Shown: positions 1 through 12,600 of the stretch, one piece after another | Layout of the letters: each line of letters opens with the position of its first letter | Position numbering within the stretch: position 1 is the first letter of the stretch | Origin: Yuukianura sp. NJ FZ-2021 | Taxonomy: Eukaryota | NCBI GenBank assembly: GCA_046563655.1 | Contig: JAJCTO010000010.1 | Span: 1,178,001-1,242,000, forward strand | Direction: 5' to 3' | Length of the DNA stretch: 64,000 nt | Made by a program: the position numbers and the translations under genes | The notes under the pieces: generated by a model | What the model saw: the letters and a program-made list of their open reading frames with translations, nothing else | Databases searched by the model: none | What the model was told of the DNA's origin: nothing

Positions 1-3000
1 ATCAAGAAAACTTACCTCGAAATAGACTCTTTAATAGAGAAAATTGAAAGCACTAGTATGGCATCTTTCAAAAATTAAGCGTCAACTTAACCCAGTGAGA
101 TAGATATCGTGACTTGCACGTTCCGAGGTCATTCTGTCAATGAAAGTTCACATCACTAACAAATGCTACATGAGTCCTCCTGGATCAAGAAAACTTACCT
201 CGAAATAGACTCTTTAATAGAGAAAATTGAAAGCACTAGTATGGCATCTTACAAAAATTAAGCGTCAACTTAACCCAGTGAGATAGATATCGTGACTTGC
301 ACGTTCCGAGGTCATTCTGTCAATGAAAGTTCATATCATTAACAAATGCTACATGAGTCCTCCCGGATGAAGAAAAATTACCTCGAAATAGACTTTTTTA
401 ACGGAGAAAATTGAAAGCACTAATATGGCATCTTTCAAAAATTAAGCGTCAACTTAACCCAGTGAGATAGATATCGTGACTTGCTCGTTCCGAGGTCATT
501 CTGTCAATGAAAGTGTCACATTTTTAACAAATGCTACATGAGTCCTCCTGGATCAATAAAACTTACCTCGAAATAGACTTTTTAACATAGAAAATTGAAA
601 GCACTAGTATGGCATCTTACAAAAATTAAGCGTCAACTTAACCCAGTGAGATAGATATCGTGACTTGCACGTTCCGAGGTCATTCTGTCAATGAAAGTTC
701 ACATCACTAACAAATGCTACATGAGTCCTCCTGGATCAAGAAAACTTACCTCGAAATAGACTCTTTAATAGAGAAAATTGAAAGCACTAGTATGGCATCT
801 TACAAAAATTAAGCGTCAACTTAACCCAGTGAGATAGATATCGTGACTTGCACGTTCCGAGGTCATTCTGTCAATGAAAGTTCATATCATTAACAAATGC
901 TACATGAGTCCTCCTGGATCAAGAAAACTTACCTCGAAATAGACTCTTTAATAGAGAAAATTGAAAGCACTAGTATGGCATCTTTCAAAAATTAAGCGTC
1001 AACTTAACCCAGTGAGATAGATATCGTGACTTGCACGTTCCGAGGTCATTCTGTCAATGAAAGTTCACATCACTAACAAATGCTACATGAGTCCTCCTGG
1101 ATCAAGAAAACTTACCTCGAAATAGACTCTTTAATAGAGAAAATTGAAAGCACTAGTATGGCATCTTACAAAAATTAAGCGTCAACTTAACCCAGTGAGA
1201 TAGATATCGTGACTTGCACGTTCCGAGGTCATTCTGTCAATGAAAGTTCATATCATTAACAAATGCTACATGAGTCCTCCCGGATGAAGAAAAATTACCT
1301 CGAAATAGACTTTTTAACGGAGAAAATTGAAAGCACTAATATGGCATCTTTCAAAAATTAAGCGTCAACTTAACCCAGTGAGATAGATATCGTGACTTGC
1401 TCGTTCCGAGGTCATTCTGTCAATGAAAGTGTCACATCTTTAACAAATGCTACATGAGTCCTCCTGGATCAAGAAAACTTACCTCGAAATAGACTTTTTA
1501 ACAGAGAAAATTGAAAGTACTAGTATAGCATCTTACAAAAATTAAGCGTCAACTTAACCCAGTGAGATAGATATCGTGACTTGCACGTTCCGAGGTCATG
1601 AAAGTTCATATCATTAACAAATGCTACATGAGTCCTCCTGGATGAAGAAAAATTACCTCGAAATAGACTTTTTTAACGGAGAAAATTGAAAGCACTAATA
1701 TGGCATCTTACAAAAATTAAGCGTCAACTTAACCCAGTGAGATAGATATCGTGACTTGCACGTTCCGAGGTCATTCTGTCAATGAAAGTTCACATCATTA
1801 ATAAATGCTACATGAGTCCTCCTGGATCAAGAAGACTTACCTCGAAATAGACTTTTTAACATAGAAAATTGAAAGCACTAGTATGGCATCTTACAAAAAT
1901 TAAGCGTCAACTTAACCCAGTGAGATAGATATCGTGACTTGCACGTTCCGAGGTCATTCTGTCAATGAAAGTTCACATCACTAACAAATGCTACATGAGT
2001 CCTCCTGGATCAAGAAAACTTACCTCGAAATAGACTTTTTAACATAGAAAATTGAAAGCACTAGTATGGCATCTTACAAAAATTAAGCGTCAACTTAACC
2101 CAGTGAGATAGATATCGTGACTTGCACGTTCCGAGGTCATTCTGTCAATGAAAGTTCACATCACTAACAAATGCTACATGAGTCCTCCTGGATCAAGAAA
2201 ACTTACCTCGAAATAGACTCTTTAATAGAGAAAATTGAAAGCACTAGTATGGCATCTTACAAAAATTAAGCGTCAACTTAACCCAGTGAGATAGATATCG
2301 TGACTTGCACGTTCCGAGGTCATTCTGTCAATGAAAGTTCATATCATTTAACAAACGCTACATGAGTCATAAAGGATCAAGAAAAATTACCTCGAACTAG
2401 ACTTTTTTAACGGAGAAAATTGAAAGCACTAATATGGCATCTTTCAAAAATTAAGCGTCAACTTAACCCAGTGAGATAGATATCGTGACTTGCTCGTTCC
2501 GAGGTCATTCTGTCAATGAAAGTTCACATCACTAACAAATGCTACATGAGTCATAAAGGCTCAAGAAAACTTACCTCGAAATAGACTCTTTAATAGAGAA
2601 AATTGAAAGCACTAGTATGGCATCTTACAAAAATTAAGCGTCAACTTAACCCAGTGAGATAGATATCGTGACTTGCACGTTCCGAGGTCATGAAAGTTCA
2701 TATCATTAACAAATGCTACATGAGTCCTCCTGGATGAAGAAAAATTACCTCGAAATAGACTTTTTTAACGGAGAAAATTGAAAGCACTAATATGGCATCT
2801 TACAAAAATTAAGCGTCAACTTAACCCAGTGAGATAGATATCGTGACTTGCACGTTCCGAGGTCATTCTGTCAATGAAAGTTCACATCATTAATAAATGC
2901 TACATGAGTCCTCCTGGATCAAGAAGACTTACCTCGAAATAGACTTTTTAACATAGAAAATTGAAAGCACTAGTATGGCATCTTACAAAAATTAAGCGTC

Positions 3001-5580
3001 AACTTAACCCAGTGAGATAGATATCGTGACTTGCACGTTCCGAGGTCATTCTGTCAATGAAAGTTCACATCACTAACAAATGCTACATGAGTCCTCCTGG
3101 ATCAAGAAAACTTACCTCGAAATAGACTTTTTAACATAGAAAATTGAAAGCACTAGTATGGCATCTTACAAAAATTAAGCGTCAACTTAACCCAGTGAGA
3201 TAGATATCGTGACTTGCACGTTCCGAGGTCATTCTGTCAATGAAAGTTCACATCACTAACAAATGCTACATGAGTCCTCCTGGATCAAGAAAACTTACCT
3301 CGAAATAGACTCTTTAATAGAGAAAATTGAAAGCACTAGTATGGCATCTTACAAAAATTAAGCGTCAACTTAACCCAGTGAGATAGATATCGTGACTTGC
3401 ACGTTCCGAGGTCATTCTGTCAATGAAAGTTCATATCATTAACAAATGCTACATGAGTCCTCCCGGATGAAGAAAAATTACCTCGAAATAGACTTTTTTA
3501 ACGGAGAAAATTGAAAGCACTAATATGGCATCTTTCAAAAATTAAGCGTCAACTTAACCCAGTGAGATAGATATCGTGACTTGCTCGTTCCGAGGTCATT
3601 CTGTCAATGAAAGTGTCACATCTTTAACAAATGCTACATGAGTCCTCCTGGATCAAGAAAACTTACCTCGAAATAGACTTTTTAACAGAGAAAATTGAAA
3701 GTACTAGTATGGCATCTTACAAAAATTAAGCGTCAACTTAACCCAGTGAGATAGATATCGTGACTTGCACGTTCCGAGGTCATGAAAGTTCATATCATTA
3801 ACAAATGCTACATGAGTCCTCCTGGATGAAGAAAAATTACCTCGAAATAGACTTTTTTAACGGAGAAAATTGAAAGCACTAATATGGCATCTTACAAAAA
3901 TTAAGCGTCAACTTAACCCAGTGAGATAGATATCGTGACTTGCACGTTCCGAGGTCATTCTGTCAATGAAAGTTCACATCACTAACAAATGCTACATGAG
4001 TCCTCCTGGATCAAGAAAACTTACCTCGAAATAGACTCTTTAATAGAGAAAATTGAAAGCACTAGTATGGCATCTTACAAAAATTAAGCGTCAACTTAAC
4101 CCAGTGAGATAGATATCGTGACTTGCACGTTCCGAGGTCATTCTGTCAATGAAAGTTCATATCATTAACAAATGCTACATGAGTCCTCCCGGATGAAGAA
4201 AACTTACCTCGAAATAGACTTTTTAATAGAGAAAATTGAAAGCACTAATATGGCATCTTACAAAAATTTAGCATCAACTTAACCCAGTGAGATAGATATC
4301 GTGACTTGCACGTTCCGAGGTCATTCTGTCAATGAAAGTTCACATCATTAACAAGTGCTACATGAGTCATAAAGGATCAAGAAAAATTACCTCGAAATAG
4401 ACTTTTTTAACGGAGAAAATTGAAAGCACTAATATGGCATCTTTCAAAAATTAAGCGTCAACTTAACCCAGTGAGATAGATATCGTGACTTGCACGTTCC
4501 GAGGTCATTCTGTCAATGAAAGTTCACATCATTAACAAATGCTACATGAGTCCTCCTGGATCAAGAAAACTTACCTCGAAATAGACTTTTTTAACAGAGA
4601 AAATTGAAAGCACTAATATGGCATCTTCCAAAAATTAGGCGTTGACTTAACCCACTGAGATAGATATCGTGGCTTGCAAGTTGCGAGGTCATTCTGTCAA
4701 TGAAAGTTCACATCATTAATAAATGCTACATGAGTCCTCCTGGATCAAGAAAACTTACCTCGAAATAGACTTTTTAACATAGAAAATTGAAAGCACTAGT
4801 ATGGCATCTTACAAAAATTAAGCGTCAACTTAACCCAGTGAGATAGATATCGTGACTTGCACGTTCCGAGGTCATTCTGTCAATGAAAGTTCACATCACT
4901 AACAAATGCTACATGAGTCCTCCTGGATCAAGAAAACTTACCTCGAAATAGACTTTTTAACATAGAAAATTGAAAGCACTAGTATGGCATCTTACAAAAA
5001 TTAAGCGTCAACTTAACCCAGTGAGATAGATATCGTGACTTGCACGTTCCGAGGTCATTCTGTCAATGAAAGTTCACATCACTAACAAATGCTACATGAG
5101 TCCTCCTGGATCAAGAAAACTTACCTCGAAATAGACTCTTTAATAGAGAAAATTGAAAGCACTAGTATGGCATCTTACAAAAATTAAGCGTCAACTTAAC
5201 CCAGTGAGATAGATATCGTGACTTGCACGTTCCGAGGTCATTCTGTCAATGAAAGTTCATATCATTTAACAAACGCTACATGAGTCATAAAGGATCAAGA
5301 AAAATTACCTCGAAATAGACTTTTTTAACGGAGAAAATTGAAAGCACTAATATGGCATCTTTCAAAAATTAAGCGTCAACTTAACCCAGTGAGATAGATA
5401 TCGTGACTTGCTCGTTTCGAGGTCATTCTGTCAATGAAAGTGTCACATCTTTAACAAATGCTACATGAGTCCTCCTGGATCAAGAAAACTTACCTCGAAA
5501 TAGACTTTTTAACAGAGAAAATTGAAAGTACTAGTATGGCATCTTACAAAAATTAAGCGTCAACTTAACCCAGTGAGATA

Positions 5581-6629
5581 CGCTCGGTACGGACTTACCG
5601 TGCTGCTGCCTTGACGATGCTTTGCTGTGCTGTTTTTGTTAAAAATTACCGATCCTAACTTACTTGTGCCTTCCCCGTGCTGTGCTGCCTCATTTTTCCA
5701 AGGCAACGACAGAGCAAGGGCAAGCATCCTAACTTACCGTTTACCTTACCGTGCTCCTGCTCTTACCGTGCTCTTTTGAAAGTAGGGACGGAAGCAACTT
5801 TTGAGGAAGTACGACGAGAGCAAATTTGCTTTTACAATTATTTTTTGTTCATTTTCTGAATACTCCTCCGAAACTACTGGACCGATTTGGACAAATGAGG
5901 TGTCCTTCTCTTCGTCAGATCACTCCGAAAAGCGTAGGCTATGTCACATGTTGACCTGACCTTTGACCTTTGACACCGGCGCAGTGACCTCATGGGAAAT
6001 CAAAGGAAACATAGGCATATAGTATTTCAATCGACCAAGTGGAGTTGATTGACGTAAAGCATGATGGCCTTTGACCTTTGGCCCTTGACCTTTCGCGGTG
6101 CCAGTGGACGACGACCTTATTTTCGTCATGAAGAGCCCATGAAACTGTTGGTGGAGATAGTTGGGAAAAATACTACCTTCAGCATGTGACTCGGATTTTT
6201 TAAAAAAATTTTTCTAAAATACCTTATGGACCCCTGAACACGAAAAACTATTTTTTTGTCCCGCTCTCAAAAACTGTTAAAAAAATTAAAAAAAAATTTT
6301 TCGAAACTTTTTTTTTCTTTGCTTATTTTGATGAAAATCAGTTTTTAGACTAATTCGTGTATGGAGAACACAAATCTGACATTTTTTATTAAATAGTGAT
6401 TTAAAAATGACTTTTGAGTGGGAAACCAGTGATTTGCTTGCAAAAATGCAAGAAAACTTACCGATTCGATCCTAACTTACCGGATGAAATTTGAACAGAG
6501 CATGAGCACGGTAAGCAGAGAGCATGTTGTGCTTCCGCTAAAAATTGGGAAGTTAGGATGCTAACAATGCAAAGCACGGGGATGGCACGGCAACAGCACA
6601 GCAGCAGCACAGTAAGTCCGTAGCAGGCG
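5581..6629. mobile_element. Non-autonomous TIR DNA transposon (1049 bp), 3-bp ATA TSD, possibly CACTA/CMC-like
   Basis: It splits the monomer motif GAGATA|GATATCG with ATA duplicated (5578-5580 and 6630-6632). The left end CGCTCGGTACGGACTTACCGTGCTGCTGC matches the reverse complement of the right end, CGCCTGCTACGGACTTACTGTGCTGCTGC, at 25/29. Subterminal CCTAACTTAC and CTTACCGTGCT motifs repeat at both ends. There is no transposase ORF, and the superfamily is inferred. Confidence 0.85.
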
Positions 6630-9600
6630 ATAGATATCGTGACTTGCACGTTCCGAGGTCATGAAAGTTCATATCATTAACAAATGCTACATGAGTCCTC
6701 CTGGATGAAGAAAAATTACCTCGAAATAGACTTTTTTAACGGAGAAAATTGAAAGCACTAATATGGCATCTTACAAAAAGTTAAGCGTCAACTTAACCCA
6801 GTGAGATAGATATCGTGACTTGCACGTTCCGAGGTCATTCTGTCAATGAAAGTTCACATCATTAACAAATGCTACATGAGTCCTCCTGGATCAAGAAAAC
6901 TTACCTCGAAATAGACTTTTTAACAGAGAAAACTGAAAGCACTAGTATGGCATCTTACAAAAATTAAGCGTCAACTTAACCCAGTGAGATAGATATCGTG
7001 ACTTGCACGTTCCGAGGTCATTCTGTCAATGAAAGTTCACATCATTAACAAATGCTACATGAGTCCTCCTGGATCAAGAAAACTTACCTCGAAATAGACT
7101 TTTCAACAGAGAAAATTGAAAGTACTAGTATGGCATCTTACAAAAATTAAGCCTCAACTGAACCCAGTGAGATAGATATCGTGACTTGCACGTTAAGAGG
7201 TCATTCTGTCAATGAAAGTTCACATCATTAACAAATGCTACATGGGTATTCCTGGATCAAGAAAACTTACCTTGAAATAGACTTTTTAACAGAGAAAATT
7301 GAAAGCACTAGTATGGCATCTTACAAAAATTAAGCGTCAACTTAACCCAGTGAGATAGATATCGTGACTTGCACGTTCCGAGGTCATTCTGTCAATGAAA
7401 GTTCATATCATTAACAAATGCTACATGAGTCCTCCTGGATGAAGAAAAATTACCTCGAAATAGACTTTTCAACAGAGCAAATTGAAAGTACTAGTATGGC
7501 ATCTTACAAAAATTAAGCGTCAACTTAACCCAGTGAGATTAGATATAGTGACTTGCACGTTCCGAGGTCATTCTGTCAATGAAAGTTCACATCATTAACA
7601 AATGCTACATGAGTCCTCCTGGATCAAGAAAACCTACCTCGAAAGAGACTTTTTAACAGAGAAAATTGAAAGCACTAGTATAGCATCTTACAAAAATTAA
7701 GCGTCAACTTAACCCAGTGAGATAGATATAGTGACTTGCACGTTCCGAGGTCATTCTGTCAATGGAAGTTCACATCATTAACATATGCTACATGAGTCCT
7801 CCTGGATCAAGAAAACCTACCTCGAAAGAGACTTTTTAACAGAGAAAATTAAATGCACTAGTATGGCATCTTACAAAAATTAAGCGTCAACTTAACCCAG
7901 TGAGATAGATATCGTGACTTGCACGTTCCGAGGTCATTCTGTCAATGAAAGTTCACATCAGTAACAAATGCTACACGAGTCCTCCTGGATCAAGAAAACT
8001 TACCTGGAAATAGCCTTTTTTACAGAGAAAATTGAAAGCACTAATATGGCATCTTACAAAAATTTAGCATCAACTTAACCCAGTGAGATAGATATCGTGA
8101 CTTGCACGTTAAGAGGTCATTCTGTCAATGAAAGTTCACATCACTAACAAATGCTACATGAGTCATAAAGGATCAAGAAAACTTACCTCGAAATAGACTT
8201 TTTAACAGAGAAAATTGAAAGCACTAATATGGCATCTTTCAAAAATTAAGCGTCAACTTAACCCAGTGAGATAGATATCGTGACTTGCTCGTTCCGAGGT
8301 CATTCTGTCAATGAAAGTGTCACATCTTTAACAAATGCTACATGAGTCCTCCTGGATCAAGAAAACTTACCTCGAAATAGACTTTTTAACAGAGAAAATT
8401 GAAAGTACTAGTATGGCATCTTACAAAAATTAAGCGTCAACTTAACCCAGTGAGATAGATATCGTGACTTGCACGTTCCGAGGTCATGAAAGTTCATATC
8501 ATTAACAAATGCTACATGAGTCCTCCTGGATCAAGAAAACCTACCTCGAAAGAGACTTTTTAACAGAAAAAATTGAAAGCACTAGTATGGCATCTTACAA
8601 AAATTTAGCATCAACTTAACCCAGTGAGATAGATATCGTGACTTGCACGTTCCGAGGTCATTCTGTCAATGAAAGTTCATATCACTAACAAATGCTACAT
8701 GAGTCCTCCTGGATCAAGAAAACTTACCTGGAAATAGACTTTTTAACAGAGAAAATTGAAAGCACTAGTATGGCATCTTACAAAAATTAAGCGTCAACTT
8801 AACCCAGTGAGATAGATATCGTGACTTGCACGTTCCGAGGTCATTCTGTCAATGAAAGTTCACATCATTAACAAATGCTACATGAGTCCTCCTGGATCAA
8901 GAAAACCTACCTCGAAAGAGACTTTTTAACAGAAAAAATTGAAAGCACTAGTATGGCATCTTACAAAAATTTAGCATCAGCTTAACCCAGAGAGATAGAT
9001 ATCGTGACTTGCACGTTCCGAGGTCATTCTGTCAATGACAGTTCATATCACTAACAAATGCTACATGAATCATAAAGGATCAAGAAAACTTACCTCGAAA
9101 TAGACTTTTTAACAGAGAAAATTGAAAGCACTAGTATGGCATCTTACAAAAATTAAGCGTCAACTTAACCCAGTGAGATAGATATAGTGACTTGCACGTT
9201 CCGAGGTCATTCTGTCAATGAAAGTTCACATCATTAACAAATGCTACATGAGTCCTCCTGGATCAAGAAAACCTACCTCGAAATAGACTTTTTTAACGGA
9301 GAAAATTGAAAGCACTAATATGGCATCTTTCAAAAATTAAGCGTCAACTTAACCCAGTGAGATAGATATCGTGACTTGCTCGTTCCGAGGTCATTCTGTC
9401 AATGAAAGTTTCACATCTTTAACAAATGCTACATGAGTCCTCCTGGATCAAGAAAACTTACCTCGAAATAGACTTTTTAACAGAGAAAACTGAAAGCACT
9501 AGTATGGCATCTTACAAAAATTAAGCGTCAACTTAACCCAGTGAGATAGATATCGTGACTTGCACGTTCCGAGGTCATTCTGTCAATGAAAGTTCACATC

Positions 9601-12600
9601 ATTAACAAATGCTACATGAGTCCTCCTGGATCAAGAAAACCTACCTCGAAAGAGACTTTTTAACAGAAAAAATTGAAAGCACTAGTATGGCATCTTACAA
9701 AAATTTAGCATCAGCTTAACCCAGAGAGATAGATATCGTGACTTGCACGTTCCGAGGTCATTCTGTCAATGACAGTTCATATCACTAACAAATGCTACAT
9801 GAATCATAAAGGATCAAGAAAACTTACCTCGAAATAGACTTTTTAACAGAGAAAATTGAAAGCACTAGTATGGCATCTTACAAAAATTAAGCGTCAACTT
9901 AACCCAGTGAGATAGATATAGTGACTTGCACGTTCCGAGGTCATTCTGTCAATGAAAGTTCACATCATTAACAAATGCTACATGAGTCCTCCTGGATCAA
10001 GAAAACCTACCTCGAAATAGACTTTTTTAACGGAGAAAATTGAAAGCACTAATATGGCATCTTTCAAAAATTAAGCGTCAACTTAACCCAGTGAGATAGA
10101 TATCGTGACTTGCTCGTTCCGAGGTCATTCTGTCAATGAAAGTTTCACATCTTTAACAAATGCTACATGAGTCCTCCTGGATCAAGAAAACTTACCTCGA
10201 AATAGACTTTTTAACAGAGAAAACTGAAAGCACTAGTATGGCATCTTACAAAAATTAAGCGTCAACTTAACCCAGTGAGATAGATATCGTGACTTGCACG
10301 TTCCGAGGTCATTCTGTCAATGAAAGTTCACATCATTAACAAATGCTACACGAGTCCTCCTGGATCAAGAAAAATTGCGTCGAAATAGACTTTTTTAACG
10401 GAGAAAATTGAAAGCACTAATACGGCATCTTACAAAAATTAAGCGTCAACTTAACCCAGTGAGATAGATATAGTGACTTGCACGTTCCGAGGTCATTCTG
10501 TCAATGAAAGTTCACATCATTAACAAATGCTACATGAGTCCTCCTGGATCAAGAAAAATTACCTCGAAATAGACTTTTTAACGGAGAAAATTGAAAGCAC
10601 TAATATGGCATCTTTCAAAAATTAAGCGTCAACTTAACCCAGTGAGATAGATATCGTGACTTGCTCGTTCCGAGGTCATTCTGTCAATGAAAGTTTCACA
10701 TCTTTAACAAATGCTACATGAGTCCTCCTGGATCAAGAAAACTTACCACGAAATAGACTTTTTAACAGAAAAAATTGAAAGCACTAGTATGGCATCTTAC
10801 AAAAATTTAGCATCAGCTTAACCCAGAGAGATAGATATCGTGACTTGCACGTTCCGAGGTCATTCTGTCAATGAAAGTTCATATCACTAACAAATGCTAC
10901 ATGAGTCCTCCTGGATCAAGAAAACCTACCTCGAAAGAGACTTTTTAACAGAAAAAATTGAAAGCACTAGTATGGCATCTTACAAAAATTAAGCGTCAAC
11001 TTAACCCAGTGAGATAGATATAGTGACTTGCACGTTCCGAGGTCATTCTGTCAATGAAAGTTCACATCATTAACAAATGCTACATGAGTCCTCCTGGATC
11101 AAGAAAACCTACCTCGAAAGAGACTTTTTAACAGAAAAAATTGAAAGCACTAGTATGGCATCTTACAAAAATTTAGCATCAGCTTAACCCAGAGAGATAG
11201 ATATCGTGACTTGCACGTTCCGAGGTCATTCTGTCAATGACAGTTCATATCACTAACAAATGCTACATGAATCATAAAGGATCAAGAAAACTTACCTCGA
11301 AATAGACTTTTTAACAGAGAAAATTGAAAGCACTAGTATGGCATCTTACAAAAATTAAGCGTCAACTTAACCCAGTGAGATAGATATAGTGACTTGCACG
11401 TTCCGAGGTCATTCTGTCAATGAAAGTTCACATCATTAACAAATGCTACATGAGTCCTCCTGGATCAAGAAAACCTACCTCGAAATAGACTTTTTAACAG
11501 AAAAAATTGAAAGCACTAGTATGGCATCTTACAAAAATTTAAGCATCAGCTTAACCCAGAGAGATAGATATCGTGACTTGCACGTTCCGAGGTCATTCTG
11601 TCAATGACAGTTCATATCACTAACAAATGCTACATGAATCATAAAGGATCAAGAAAACTTACCTCGAAATAGACTTTTTAACAGAGAAAATTGAAAGCAC
11701 TAGTATGGCATCTTACAAAAATTAAGCGTCAACTTAACCCAGTGAGATAGATATAGTGACTTGCACGTTCCGAGGTCATTCTGTCAATGAAAGTTCACAT
11801 CATTAACAAATGCTACATGAGTCCTCCTGGATCAAGAAAACCTACCTCGAAATAGACTTTTTTAACGGAGAAAATTGAAAGCACTAATATGGCATCTTTC
11901 AAAAATTAAGCGTCAACTTAACCCAGTGAGATAGATATCGTGACTTGCTCGTTCCGAGGTCATTCTGTCAATGAAAGTTTCACATCTTTAACAAATGCTA
12001 CATGAGTCCTCCTGGATCAAGAAAACTTACCTCGAAATAGACTTTTTAACAGAGAAAACTGAAAGCACTAGTATGGCATCTTACAAAAATTAAGCGTCAA
12101 CTTAACCCAGTGAGATAGATATCGTGACTTGCACGTTCCGAGGTCATTCTGTCAATGAAAGTTCACATCATTAACAAATGCTACATGAGTCCTCCTGGAT
12201 CAAGAAAACCTACCTCGAAAGAGACTTTTTAACAGAAAAAATTGAAAGCACTAGTATGGCATCTTACAAAAATTTAGCATCAGCTTAACCCAGAGAGATA
12301 GATATCGTGACTTGCACGTTCCGAGGTCATTCTGTCAATGACAGTTCATATCACTAACAAATGCTACATGAATCATAAAGGATCAAGAAAACTTACCTCG
12401 AAATAGACTTTTTAACAGAGAAAATTGAAAGCACTAGTATGGCATCTTACAAAAATTAAGCGTCAACTTAACCCAGTGAGATAGATATAGTGACTTGCAC
12501 GTTCCGAGGTCATTCTGTCAATGAAAGTTCACATCATTAACAAATGCTACATGAGTCCTCCTGGATCAAGAAAACCTACCTCGAAATAGACTTTTTTAAC

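Noticed and set aside
1..183. CENP-B box in the monomer
   Set aside because: TTCG occurs on the minus strand, but the required CGGG at the correct spacing is absent.
5677..6649. Short ORFs 5677-5859, 5944-6129 and 6458-6649
   Set aside because: No recognisable motifs; they fall in repetitive non-coding transposon sequence.
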